A model generated the notes under the pieces. That model was not told the DNA's origin, did no database searches, and saw nothing but the letters and a program-made list of their open reading frames with translations. This document shows, one piece after another, positions 38,957-53,299 of a DNA stretch of 64,000 nucleotides (its first letter is position 1; each line of letters opens with the position of its first letter). This stretch comes from Rhizophagus irregularis (lineage: Eukaryota): the NCBI RefSeq assembly GCF_026210795.1, contig NC_089433.1, positions 4,154,001 to 4,218,000 of the forward strand, in the 5' to 3' direction. A program made the position numbers and the translations under genes.

Positions 38957-41439
38957 CGTATTTTATTATTCCAGGAATCAATAATTTTAACTTAATCATT
39001 TTTGCGTTTAGTGTTTATATATAAAATTATTTATATTAATCAATAAAAAAAATAAATAAATAAATAAAAAAAAATTAAGAATTATAAATAATTTGGGTAA
39101 CTGGAAAAAGAAATGTCTCATGGTTATCTCCCTAAAAATCGCGTGCTTTCTTAAACGAGGTGTTACCTTTGAATAACGAAAAGAAAGTTCGGTGATCAAG
39201 TTTCACGAAATTGGACGAACCAATTTTTGTTGATCAACGGGGAGAGATAAACAAATATGCAGTTTAAACGGAGTTTGGCGTTAGTTGATATTCTGTGTTA
39301 CACATTTATTCATTGACATCAATAACACGTTATTGAAAATGTCAGAGCCGTGCATTTTACTCAGCCCGCCATTTTTCCCATTTTGATTAATTGGTTTACT
39401 GCGCCCCAATTAATTGAAACCTGTTTCATTTAGTTATATTCATGTGATAAAATGATTCGGGTAAAATTTTAAATTAACTTAAATGGCACATTTTTCATAC
39501 ACAAACCGGTCCTTAGTTTTGTTTTTTCCTTTGACGTAATAATTATCCATAAAAGTACAAGGGTTAAAATTCACATTGTCATCATAATTGTACATCAATA
39601 TGTAAAAATATATTATTATGAAAAAAAAAGATCTTTATTTTGTTGTTTTTGTAAAATATATTCCATAAAAATACAATTATTTTCCGGAGACTAGAATAAT
39701 CAATTCGATTTCATAATATAATTAATATAATTTAGCATGTGAAATAATGAACACGATTAAATTTAAAATATATCAACTAATTATAGATTTTTTTTATTGC
39801 ATGTGAAAGGAGTTTCGATTTTGGAGATGAATTCTTTAATGTTTAATAAAACAAACTTTTTGTGATTCAAAGAAAATTTTGCGTTTTATACAATAATTAA
39901 AACATAAATATTCATTATAAATCTATTATGAAAAATAGAATGATTTTTATAATTTATAATTGTTATTAATTTAAACAATGGAAAATTTACAACAAAGTAA
40001 TTATAATTGTTCAAATATGAATGAATTAAGTACGTCTTAAATAGTTAAATTTACTAATTTGAGAATTTCCATAAAAATCACAATGAAGTTGCTACAATGT
40101 AAAATATTACATAATCATACTAGTGATGTACCGTATATAATATTTCAAGTCGAATTATTATATTCATTAATATACTTCCTGCATGAAAATCACGATGAAC
40201 CATTTTTTTTCATGTATTTTTAACTAATAATGTTTGTTAAGACTCCTATACTAACTATATTTAATCAAATTTTATCCAGTAGTAAAATATGCTTTGACGC
40301 ATAAATATATGGACTGTAAATGAGTATATAGTATTTAATTATGGTACGATATTATTTTATGGTACGATATTATTTGAAAGGTAAGTTATATGTACGATCA
40401 ATTATGTATAGAAAATCATACCGATATAAGCGAATAATTAATGGCGATCATTTATTTTACGTTTTCGGGTACGCTTGAGACTCCTTTTTGATCACATTTT
40501 CAATTTGTACCTGTGAATCACAATAATTTATCATCAAATTTTTTTTATATATAATGAGTTTGTTGATCGAAAAATTTTTTTCTTTCTCTTTATTAATTTT
40601 TTCTTCACTATTATTATTATTATAACAATAAAATATAAATATATAATTATGTCTACGTAGAAGAATTTGATGAACCGTTAGAATATGATCCTTTTGTAAG
40701 TAAAAAAGTAAAAAAAAAATGGGAAATAAATTTATTTACTAAAAATTTATTGAAATTAATTTTGAGCGTTATTGTATAATAAATGTAAGATTACCGTACC
40801 TACAACATTGATACAAACATTGTTGTGCGTACGGTATGATCATTAGTACCTGCATAAATCTGAACGTACCGTAACCAAATGAGTAGATCGTACCATAACC
40901 ATTTAGGTAATACCTACTGTAAATTGCAGAAGAAATATACAGTACGTCATTTAAAATATAGGAAATATTCAGCATTTTTTTAATCTCCAATCATGAAATA
41001 AAAATTAATAAAATATAGACAAATCTCTTTTTCATGAAAGAATATTATTTAATTTGATAGAAATATTTGATTTTTAATACGCATATTTAATTGTTATAAG
41101 AGAATTTCAAGAAAGGGAACGTTAAAAATGTTTAAAACATTTATAATGAATTACATTTATTTATTGTCATAATTCCCGGTGTTTCATAATGTTTATTATC
41201 TTTTTTTTTTAATATTAATACTATAAAATGAAAATTTTAAATTTTATTGTATCATAAAAATTTGATTTCATCATTTGTAAAAGCTATACGCTATTAAACA
41301 AGTTTACATGTAATCTATAATCAGTTGAACAAATTAATATATAATAAGTAAATTATAATTTGCACTAAGAGCTTAAACATTCAGAATATTTTGGATGAAA
41401 TTTTATAAAGAGTTTAAGGAATTGTTGGTGCTTGCGGTT

Positions 41440-42200
41440 TGCCAATCCGAAAAAGATGCCATTTCGGTATTAATTTTATGGAAAATCCGCCGAAACGGCA
41501 TTTTTTCTTCATATTGATTTCATGAAAAACCCTTTCGAAACGACATTTCTTATTTTAATTTATGAATAAATCCGTAAAATAGCGATTTTTTCATTTTACT
41601 TAATGTAAAAATCGCCAAAACGGTGTTTTTTCACCATTTGGCTTCTTTTATTTTATTTTCTGAAAGAAATGGCGGTTTCTCATTTTATTTGATGGGTATC
41701 CGTCGAAGTCTATTTACCAAAACACATTTCGCCGAAGTCATTTTACCGAAGGGGATTTTCGTCGAAGGACTTTTTGTTTCACCGAAAATTTCATATCATA
41801 TTTTCCAAAATATTCATATTGATATATATGATATTTACGATTATTACTAAAAAATATTATTTAAATATTATTTAAATAATATTTATTTCAGTTTATAGTT
41901 TAATATTTATTAATAAAAAATCGTGTATTTTTAATGATAAAATGTCAATCGCGAAATGTTCTATAGATTTCGGTGAAATGGATGATTCGGAGAAAAGGAT
42001 TCGACAAATATCTATTCAGCGAATTTCTATTCGACGAAATGTCCCTTCGGCGAAAAATCTTTTCGATGAAATGGCTTCTCCCCGGCGAAATGGAATTAGG
42101 CGAAACGTACCGTAACCCATTTAATGAAAAAACCGCTGAAACAGTGTTTTTTCATATTAATTTTGTGAAAAATTAAAACGCCGAAACGGCTTTTTACATT
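41440..42200. repeat. Tandem ~38-40-bp repeat array, interrupted by a MITE
   Basis: Units like TTTTCATTTTATTTAATGAAAAAACCGCCGAAACGGC at 41440-41690 and 42119-42195. Confidence 0.7.
41694..42118. mobile_element. MITE with GGGT...ACCC ends and TTCG(C/T)CGAA subterminal repeats
   Basis: 7-bp flanking repeat ATTTGAT/ATTTAAT restores the host unit. TTCGCCGAA-type motifs on the left and TTCGGCGAA-type motifs on the right. Confidence 0.65.
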
Positions 42201-43179
42201 ACTTGAATACTTTCGTCAAACTGGTTGGAACAGTTACCTGATCCAATCTGACCTGGCCCACGCAACCAGAACTCTGTTCGGTGCTCTAAGTATCAGTCTG
42301 AAGGAAATAGTGGTTCATAAATTTTCTCCTTTAAAGAAAATTAGTGAAATCTTTACTGAAGTTCATGATATATATTCATATGATTGTTGAAATACCAAAT
42401 ATGGCTTTGTTGTTTTCCAAACCTTACTGCTCTTTTATATATATTTAATTTTCTATGATCTCTAATATCTTTTGAATTGCTTTTACACTAAAGTCTCAGT
42501 TTTCTCTTCCTGATGACATCATGCGAAAAATAAATTTTATTTATAATTATATGGTAGATGATACTGAAACCATTACATTCTCAAATATTAATTCCAGTAA
42601 ATTTCAACAATTTCTCAATTTTACCGAATTGAACATAAAGAATGTAGAATTTTCTGGAAGAATATTTAGAGCAGGCTGGTATAGCTTCCATTAAGTGGAT
42701 CCAGGCCAACGAAATTCTCAAATATTGCAGAAGATAACCTAAAATGCCACTTTCCTGACGGAATTTATTTAACTCATAATAATTACAAATGTTTCACTGA
42801 CAACAACAGAATCATCTCACCGACAGGTCATCTCACTGTCAAATATTGTAATTTTTAAACATTATCTGTTATAATAATATTAAATATAATTTTTCTTTAA
42901 AAAAAATAATAATAATAAATTTATATATTATAAAAATAAAAATTTTTCTTTTTTCTTTTTAATATTGTCCTAATTTTAGTGATTAATCTCTATTTTTTTT
43001 TTCCACATATCAGTTTATATTTTTAGCGTGATGAGCAATAAACTATAAAAATACAATTTAAATTTTCTTTAATATAGCTTTGTACTGGAAATATGTGAAA
43101 TGATTCAATAATCACGTGATTTTCTTATATCAAACTAAATAATATTTTAATATAAACCATATTATGTAAAGTACGTAAA

Positions 43180-46100
43180 ACGGTTTCCGGAAAAAATGAA
43201 CTCGTTACTGAAGGAGAAAAGGAGTAAGAAAATATTACAAAAAGTCAACAAACTTATTAAATAATACACCTTTTTTTCTTACAAAAATCACTTTTTCGAC
43301 GCCAAAAACACTTATTTCATATACCACTTGTATATAAAAACATGTCCGTCAGTAACGTCTCTAGTAAAAGAAGAGCCAGAAACTTGTCAAAAGGAGCAGC
43401 CTCCTATTTAGACAAATATATCGTCAACGATACTTACTTTCCATATGATAAAGAACAGAGTAACGTCAATACAAAGCTACAAAGGCTAGATAACACTTTG
43501 AAAGACACCCCTGAAACCTCTCCTAACGATATGGAGGATATTATAGAAACTTTTACGAAACTTCTCAACTCCCTGCGCAAAAAGATAATCACGTGACACT
43601 ACGTCTGATCACTCAAATCAAACGCCAATAGAAGGCCAGAATCCGGACATTTCCACTCCTGGAGGTCAGCAGGCAAAAAGAGAAAGAAGTAGCAAACAAT
43701 GATAATTCCGAACCTAAATTCAGATTCATCGCCACATGTCAATACTATCTTTGAAACCTACATTCCGAGGAACTCCTTCCATAAAGACCAAACCACACAC
43801 GAGATTTTTGACCCGCCTTTATTACAGAAAATGATTTTGTTAGGGTATATACACGAAGTTACATATCATATCAATTCTTTGTAATCCAATTTAAAACACT
43901 TGAATAAAAAGAGCAATACATCAATCGTCCCTAAAATCGATAAGATTTTACGATTACATAGACACTAATGTCAAGATCCTTGCAAAGTCCAAATTTGACA
44001 ATGTCGATAACTGTGTAATTAAGGTATTGGATATACCAATCAACTACGACGCAAAGCTCATCGTACAACACCTAGCAAAACAAAATAGGATTCATCATAA
44101 TGAAATTATTAAAACAAACAAACCCAGATTCCACAACAACCAAACAATACCCAAGCCTCAACATCCAAAGTTAATTTTAGGCTGTCTAGAACATCCATAC
44201 GTAAACCACAATATAAACAATTGCTGATCAGATTTGAACACGAAAAAGCGGTCCAATATCTATATGAAAATGATATCTGGAACCTCTTCATAGAAAAAAA
44301 CTTCTTAGCCAGATTCATACCCGGTAATCCCAAACATTATCCTGAATATGAAAATAGAACATCATGTCATTACAAAATAATGGGAAATGCGGATGCCAGA
44401 AACCTAGCACCTGTTATCACTCATCATCTTAAAGAACGTACATGCACCTTTATACAAACAACAAGAAACTCTTGCACTAAATCCTCTTACGTATAAGTAG
44501 CAAAAGATGATTACCCTCACGATACAAAACAAGTTCAGAAAACGGACTTATTCGGATCAACTCTATACATATACCCAAAAAACCATGAAGGAAATTCTTG
44601 CTTTGATTCATCTGCGGCAGCCTAAACACACAAACCAACATTGAGACACAAAGTTGCTTCAAATAATCAAAAGATTTACAAAAAAAGCGTTCTTACGAAG
44701 ACAAAGAACCAGACTCACCATAACACCAGAGCTCTCCAACAAATATAATCACATCTTCATTACAAGTGTATAACCACTTCAATTAAAAACATCCAACATT
44801 GAGAAGATAACATCAAACACCACTTCAAATCCTCATTAGTAGGCTATCTAGACGATACCACTTGGTTTGGATCGTCTATCCAACAAATCAACCACAAATT
44901 ATCAATCGCTAATTCTTTTTATAAATTTACCAAAATCCAAATTAACTTTCACAAATACAAAATCCTCACAACTCAACATCATGACACCCAACTATAGATT
45001 TAAATATTAACGACCAAGATGTCGCCGCTATTACTGTATATCGTTCAACAAACAAGGTTAGGTCTTTATATTAACATTACAGATCGCCAACAATAAACCA
45101 TCAACAAGGGTGTCAGCATAATATACTCTCACTATATGACCATGAAAAACAAAAAAAATTGAGCCACGATCATATAGCTTATATTATCAACAAATAATAA
45201 TCCCTCAAATTGGAATAATATACACAATTTTGACGTACAGACAGTACCAATACCTTTAACACCTCTCAAAAAGCCGTTCAAATTACGTCTACATCTTCCT
45301 ACCAGCACAGCAGACAACGTTATATACAACAACCTTTTTCCACATATCGACAATTTCTTCGATATTCAAGTCAAAATCCCAACTCAATATATTATCTGCC
45401 CTTTTTAACACGCCCTGTTGCTTTACAAAAATTAGACATTTTAACCCAAGAAATCTGGTACCCACCATATCACATAATATACACGAATTCAAATGTTCTA
45501 GTGAACACAAATTGTCCAACAAAAAGATTATCTCCCCTTATTTTATTGCTACTAAACCTTTACATACTTAAAACACATAGCTTATGAAAATTTTTTAATT
45601 TTGAACAACATTAATCATCCCTTTCGACGGTCATACCGTAAGTAATGACGATATATCCTCCTCGTTACGACTCGTCCATCGACAAATTCGCCAAGCTCTC
45701 ATTTGTAAAGAATACTTGAAAGACCAACTAGTTGAAATTTCGACACAATTTTCGTCCGCATCTAATTTCACCATCTATACAGATGGATCTGTTAAACAAA
45801 TCGGCACTCAACACTTATGGCTGGCTACAATGCTACCCAACAACTTCAAAGTTGAATTCAAAGGCTCCACTGTATTCTTACTCTCATCCACAAAAAGTGA
45901 ATCACCACCCTTCCTTACAATAGTACCTGCACCATTTATACGGACTCAGCGAATTGTGACAAAAATCTCCGATCTTCAGCCCTAGATGACGTTTAAAACA
46001 AAACAATTTCTCATTTGGAATTAATTTTCTGGATTTAAATATAGAGAACCGCCACCTATACATTAACTTAAAAGTCAAACATACGATAACATACCTTACA

Positions 46101-47375
46101 ACGAACGAGCTGATTGGCTGGCTAAAAAGGGATCTAAGGGATCTAACATACGAGACCCTATTATTGTGAATTTTAAATTTTTCCATCAAGTTTTTTTAGG
46201 GTTTATCAAATGGAACAACATATACGTAATAGATCACAATGTCCGACAATGGAGCAATAACGTTATCCAACCACGTAACTTCAACTCGATTATTAATAAT
46301 TCGGCATTGAAAAACATCGAACGGCATATCCTCGAAGGCGTGATTGATTGGGAATTCACTAAAATATGGATCAATTATAACCATTCAGATTCACCGACGA
46401 ATTTACACCTTTCACGTTCACGCACTCTCGTATCAAGAAATATAACTTCATTTACAACAGTTGGCATCCTCCCACGCAATTATCCTCGTCTTTACCCGTT
46501 AGGTCATGTACCATGTATTGAATGCTCCGCACATCATGACTGTAATGATCACATTGGACTTTGTACCACCCTTCCGCAAAATTACTCTTTTAATGTCTAA
46601 ATCTAAAAAACTTCCTTTGGACACTATTTTACGATATGCTAACAGCTCAACCTTTGACCTAGAACAAAGAATAAATGCCTCCACAACCTGATCCCGGCTG
46701 AATTAACAGCCATATTCTACAACTACATAGGTAAACGTAAGGATCGCGTACAAGCTTTCAAACATTTTATCTATGAAACTATGACCGTAGTATTTGGAAC
46801 GACCGCGCTACTGCATTTAAACAGTGGGAATTAACGCGAAGTACTATAACGCGCAAGAAAAAGAAACGTTACCACCACTATTTCAACAAACCCCACTGGA
46901 TTCAAATAATTCTCGGTCCATCACCGAGTCGCATACCCCTAATCTATTATCGTCCTGTACGGCTACGTCTCCATATGACCGTCATAAGTCACGTATAGAT
47001 TTTACTGCCCATATTAGATGTACTTCAAGCAACTTTTTACACTCGGTTCTTGGGAATCACATAAAGATAATTTACTTTTTGATAACATAAATTTATTCAT
47101 TTTTTTTATGATTTTTCTTTCACTCATGTTTATCCTCCTACAACTTAAAATAGTATTTTTATTTTCTCACCTCCTTTTTTCTAACCTTAGTGTCCAAAGG
47201 TCGGAAGGTGTCCTTAGGATACCTTTATTCCTTTTTCATTTATTTTCTACCAAGATGACATCGCCATGTAGCGCTTTGGTTATTTGTGATTAGAATTACT
47301 TTTGATTTAGTTTTAATTTCTGTGTAATTTGTACTAATACCTTGTTCATTTTGAACAATAAAATAAAAATAAAAT
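43180..47375 (+). mobile_element. Decayed LINE (non-LTR retrotransposon) with ORF1, RT and RNase H remnants
   Basis: ORF1 starts at 43342 with a knuckle remnant (FICGSL) near 44605. RT motif VGYLDDTTWFG near 44838, RNase H FTIYTDGSVK near 45766, Cys/His motif CIEC...DH..LC near 46510. The 3' tail is AATAAAATAAAAATAAAA. Many frameshifts and deletions; the 5' boundary is approximate. Confidence 0.88.
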
Positions 47376-48025
47376 ATACTGCAATATAAGTAAAGGGAAA
47401 GTAATTAAAATTCACTTTACGCTCCATACCTTTTTGAGGGAAGTAACTTAAGTAAAATGTGACATTACGCTACTCACTTAACCATACGTTACTTACTTTT
47501 ATATTTCACTAGGTAATTTCAGCCCTTACAATACAACTACCCCAGCCGGCAATTTTTGCACAGATGTCGCATATCACATAATATCAATCCCGTGATTTTG
47601 AAATTTGCTTTGGTTGACACTACAACTTTAGTCTCCATTTTACGCGTCTCTAATATACAAGTTTAAATAAAAAACTTTTTTATTTATGAAATTCGTTAAA
47701 TTTTCAATAAAACACTTGTATTTCGTTAGTTCATACATACTTATCTTAACTTTGGGAATGCTTTTCTTTAATAAATTACAATATACAATCATTGAACGGA
47801 TAGACAAAAATTCGCACGTAAGTTTCTTTGCTTTTATATTGATTTTGATTCTGGCTATAGTGCTTATAATTTTTTTCTTGCTTTTTTTAATTACGAAATG
47901 TACATTTGGTTTATTGGAATTAAATGTTATATGGACTTATTATCTAACACAGAACAGTATCATTAATTGTTACGGTATTACAGCATAAATACTAAATAAA
48001 ATCAAATTTATTCAATTATTTTTGA

Positions 48026-48480
48026 TTATTCAAGATACATTGTTGAATTTATATTATTATCTTTCCAACTTCGTGGGTTGGTAATTCGTCTATTAAACTT
48101 TGTAATATCATTAATAAGCTTTCGATCCCTATCAAAATTCTTATCCACTGCTTTTATCCTTCTGTGGTTGTTTAAAGCATGTTTGTTCATGTACAATTGA
48201 TATTGCCTGATCAAGATAAGACTCGATTTCTTTAAACTTTTATTCCATGTTTTTTAATTTTTTATTTATAATTAAATTAATTAATATTAGATATATTTTA
48301 AAAGGAAAAATTTTAAAAATTACTCCTGTTATTTAAATACCTTTCATCCTTTCTACTCCTTCTTCATCTTCTGTATCTAAAATAGTTTTGCACTTCTCTT
48401 GCCATTTAATGTATAAACTAACGAAATACAAGTGTTAAATTGAAAATTTAACAAGATTTATAATAAAAAGTTTTTTACTT
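48026..48480 (-). pseudogene. 3' exons of an unknown gene
   Basis: Coding-like segments separated by AT-rich intron-like spacers, ending AVDKNFDRDRKLINDITKFNRRITNPRSWKD. No 5' part recognised. Confidence 0.35.
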
Positions 48481-48980
48481 ACAACTTGTATATTTAATAG
48501 AGACGTAAAGAAACGAGACTAAAGTCGTAGTACAAAGATATTAAAATAAAACCATCGTTCATACAAATCAACCATAAAAGGCAAAGCATATTATTGGAAT
48601 TATTGTCAGCAGTAGTACTTTCTTTGTTGGGAAAATGTATTTCGAAAATTTTATCGTGTAAAAGTGATTCATGATGCATAATTTTTTTTACTATGCTATC
48701 TATATTTATTTGCTATATTTCGTAATAACAAGTCACCAATCGAGAAGTGACAAAATTGAAACAATCATATATTGATTATATTGTTATAATGATATAAAAT
48801 AACGCAACCCACTTTTTTTTCATCCGAGTTTACTAAGCCTCATTAAATTTCTCATTTCTTAACAACTCATCGAGTAAATATACCGAATTTCCATTGGTCT
48901 CATTTTACCCAATTTTAAGTTATAAAATAACGCAACACACTTTTTTTTTCATCCGAGCTTAATATTCCCTATAAACATCA

Positions 48981-50533
48981 ATGTCTGAAATTAGTTCACC
49001 TGGATATGAGTGGTACACATTAACCGAAATTAAAAAATATGGAACAAAAGAACTTATCGATTTCTTGTGCACGAAAAAGGACTTGAAGCTTGATGAAGAT
49101 GACTATGAAATAATTCGCAGGGAGAAGATTATCGGCTGTGACCTCTTTAACTTGACCAATGAAGAGCTTAGAGATTTGGGAATGGCTGGCGGACCTGCAA
49201 AAAGACTCTTGAATTTTGCTAGTGAGATTAAGGAGAAAACGTCAAGGGCATTCTCCTTGTCAAATACGTCTTCTGAAACACTGGCATCTAACAATAAATA
49301 CGTATTTTCTGAAACACTGAAATCTGTTAATAAATATTTATTTTCTGAAAAACCGGTATCCGAACACATGCACTCTGAAAAATTAGTATCTATCAATCAA
49401 TACGAAGATGAAAATGAATGGTACTCTATTTATAAAGATTTAAATTGGCGGACAAGCCCAACAGTAAAAGTAGGAATTATTAACAAAATTTCTGAACCTT
49501 ATAATAAGCCCGCCGAAGGGTTGGCTAAGATGGGGAAAAAGGTTCTCGAGTTCATTAAAAGTGAAAAAAACTTCCAAGTTTCGTACAGAATTGAATTGCG
49601 CCCTATTATTAATCAAGAAAAATGGGAATATATTATGCAGTTAGATTCTACTGCATGGTTTGATATGCTACTTCAAGTAACTAAAAACTTACCGCTTACA
49701 TTAAGAATTGCAAGAAATTACGTAAACAACATCATGAGCGTACATAATTCATTTGAATATGTTCAATCTACTAAAATTTCAATACTTTCTAGAGTATACT
49801 GTGGGCATCATGCGGATTGTAAGTATCCACCTCCTAATACAAATAATAAAAACAATAATATGGGTGAGTGTTCAATCAATTGTATTATCATTATGCAATC
49901 ATTTTTGATGTAATATATTACTATAAATAACATAATCAAAAAACAGAACGTCCTAGTAAGAACCATAACTTAAGCTATGCGGAACCTCCTATTTTTTGCG
50001 CGGGATTGACTCCAACACAATTTCAAACTGCCCGATACTGCAACTGGTACGTGGAGAAGGAACGTATTGTTTTGGTAAAGGATGGTTGGGTTTGTGTTTC
50101 TCATCAAGATGATGTTCGGGATATTCTTATATGTTCTAATCCAATGTATGGCATGATTCATAAACCTGACAATCATAAAACAAATAAGGACTTAGTAATA
50201 GATGGAAAATTTTGGGAATGGGTATTGAGTTATTTCATGTCCTCATATCTGACAGAAACTATTTGTGGACAATGTATCAGTAATCCAATTGAACTTTTTG
50301 CGTTAAATTTTGGACGCTTGGAATCTGATGAAGCCAAAGATAGTCAAGCGAAAGAGTGTCATGGGCATTTACATGTTCATATAAAACCGGAGGTAGTTAT
50401 AGCATTTGAAAAAGCTGGAAATATTGCGATGTATGGAAAGATAGGTCAACCAGGAGTGTACGCTATACAAAATTGTATGGAATTGGAGCTTTATCGTTTG
50501 ATGAGGTTGGAAATGGAACAGGGTAGGATCTAA
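48981..50533 (+). CDS. SAM-like domain + HIT-like domain protein (2 exons)
   Basis: N-terminal ELIDFL...LKLDEDDYEIIRREKI.G.DLF.LT.EELRDLGMAGGPAKRL. Intron 49864-49946 (GTGAGT...CAG) joins it in frame to the 50006 ORF containing LNFG...ECHGHLHVHI. Confidence 0.75.
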
Positions 50534-51419
50534 AAATTAACGAGATAGATCTGGAAATTAATGAAATGGGTCTAAAAGTTGACACGATATTGAAGAAATT
50601 AAAATTTTAGAAATGTCTTGTAACATGTTTTTTTACATTTCGATCACAATAAAAGAATACTACAAATATTTAGTCAGATAATTTATGCGCAGTTACAATT
50701 TGAAAAAGTAATAAAACGATATGCCGATATAATGTGATGTTGTTCACTTTAGTGAACTGGTAATACGCAAACATGATGAAGCTTTAAGGGTCAAAGATCT
50801 CACCTTTTGGCCTATGCTACGATCTTGAACTCTAAATTTACTCGCTTTCTGAACATATAAATTATACTTTGCGCAGTATTTGACGTACAAGTAACAAGTA
50901 ACACAAAAATGTAATATTTTGATGTAAATCATGTTTGCAAAAATAATGCTTAGATTAGTTAGATAATAAATACATACTTTACATCGTGTATTAATTTTTT
51001 TATCATTAATTAACTAGACTCATAGTGCTAGGGCCGGCCAGGTTTAAATATATTAGTAGATTGTCTAGTATGCAATAATATGTATATAAAATAATAAATG
51101 TAGTTTATTTTTTTTATTAATATGATATTATATGTAAAATAGAATTTTAGAATTGTAATATATTATGGGTTTATGAAATAGGAAGTAGTTGTGATGCTAC
51201 TTATTTTAAACGTAAATATTCTTAATTACATCTGGATTTACCTACTTAGATTAATTATTTTAATGTTTTTATGAAAGTGAATTTTATAATATTTTATTGT
51301 GTTTCAGTTATGTTTTGGAAATAGAGAATTTTCTAGCGATTATATAGTGAAATTTGTTAATTTTTAAATAAGCGAAATAAATAAATAATTTAGTAATTTA
51401 ATTTTTTTTTTTAATTTTA

Positions 51420-52450
51420 TTAAAACTTTTTTTAAAAATATCTAACATATAATATATCTGTGTCTGTATCTATTACAAATTTTTATAGTTAAAAATATCA
51501 CACACATAATTTTTCTTTCTTAGTAAGATTTTTAACATTCTTATATTTTTTTTCAATAATATTGTGTGAAATTATTTTCTTAGAAAGCTTTTTTTTTTAA
51601 ATAATGTTGCTTCTAATCAATAAGCCACAGATAATTTTTTGGTTTTAAAAAAATAAATATATTATAGATAAAATATATTTCCATGATACTGCAATACTTA
51701 TTTAATAATGTATATTTTAGTTTTAACTTTAATATAAAACTGTTTTTAAATAATCTATAACCAAAAATTTTGATATTTAGATTACTCTGGATAAATAATT
51801 TTTGTATAACGTATGATAAATCTGCATCTGATATATTATAAATTGTTATTAAAAAAAATTAATAATTATGATTTGTTAATTTTTTTGGTTAGACTAACTG
51901 ATACTAATCTTGATAAATAAAGTGAATTTTTTTTTCAACAATATCGCATAATTTTTTTTTCTTAGTGAGATTTTTTTTTTCAATAATATCAACAATATCA
52001 ATTTTTTCAACATTGTTTCTTTTAAAATTGTATAAGGTACAATTTGATTGGTAATTAGTAATAATTATTTTTGGTTAGACTAATGAGCCTGTTCTACTGA
52101 TACTAATCTTGATAAGTAATAGTTAATTGATTATTCCCAATCAATAAATCACACGAATAATTTTTTTTAACAATATGGATGATTTTTTACTTAAGAATTT
52201 TTTTTTTCAACAATATCACGCATAATTTTTTTCAATATTGTTTCCTTAATCGTTTTCTTAAATTTTTTTTCAATAATATTGTTTCCTAACCAATAAATAA
52301 ATCATACTATGTATAATTTTTTTTTTGGACTTTTTTTCAATAATATCACACATAATTTTTTTTAACATTGTTTCTTTTAAATTATATAATGTATAATAAA
52401 TTTGCGTTAAAAAAATTTGATCGGTAAATTGATAATAATAATTTCTTGAT
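51420..52450. repeat. Degenerate AT-rich dispersed/tandem repeats
   Basis: Recurring TTTTTTCAA(T/C)AATATC(A/G)C(A/G)CATAATTTTTT and TTTTGGTTAGACTAA...CTGATACTAATCTTGATAA. Confidence 0.55.
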
Positions 52451-53147
52451 GGAGTTATGTAATCTTTTTTTATTCCAAAAAAAAAAAATCTTTTTTATCT
52501 ATTTTTATCCAAGCTTAAATGTAACAAAACATTTTCACTTTAAGTGTTACAGATCTTTGACGTAATAAATGTAAATGAATTTATGAGGAAATTAAATGCA
52601 ATAAAAGCGGTTATTATTGTTCTACTAATTTTCTTAATACAATAATGCCTAAAATTCTAAGATCTATGTATAGTAAACTCTTTTTCGTAATGATAAATTT
52701 AATATTTATCACCACATGGTGATAAATAGTTATTCATATTGACAATAATTATCTATCACAAAGAATCTTAAAAAATACGATATTGTTGTAAGTGAAAAAG
52801 CTTTAAAAGCTTTAAATTTAATAATTGCTTAATTTACTGTATTGAAATATTGAAATCAATCCATAAGTTGCATTTTACTGCATTTACAAAATAATTTATA
52901 AATCGAAATTTTTTATACCCGGGATATCTTAGTCAGTGCTATACGGTAAATATTCTTTACACATGGTCATAAGTAGACTATAGTGTGGTAATTTGTGCTG
53001 GGCCAAAATCAAATTCTGACCGAAATTAAAATGGCGCAAAATTAAATAACTTCAGCCAAATCGGTAAAGTGTTGACCAATAATATTAGTGTAACCTAAAA
53101 TATCGGTATATGTACATACTTATACACTACAAACGGTACATATTACA

Positions 53148-53299
53148 GGGCGTCCTTAACGTACAGTCGTACAGTGGGGTGTACGATGTTAACTTACGAA
53201 CTGGCCCAAGTTCAGGTGTTATGCATTTCACGTGATAGCGTTAACGTTAACTCCGTTCGTACGTCAATATTGTACACCCCATTGTACATTAAGGAACCC
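53148..53299. mobile_element. Short MITE, almost entirely palindromic
   Basis: GGGCGTCCTTAACGTACAGT...GGGGTGTACGATGTTAACTTACGAAC versus GTTCGTACGTCAATATTGTACACCCCATTGTACATTAAGGAACCC. Imperfect 8-bp flanks ATATTACA/ATGTTATA. Confidence 0.75.

Noticed and set aside
41440..42200. CRISPR-like periodic palindromic repeats
   Set aside because: The spacers are degenerate copies of each other, there are no cas genes, and the context is eukaryotic. It is a minisatellite or TE subterminal array.
51013..51045. Possible Helitron 3' end (minus-strand GGCCGGCC ... CTAG|T)
   Set aside because: The hairpin is weak and no matching 5' TC end was located.
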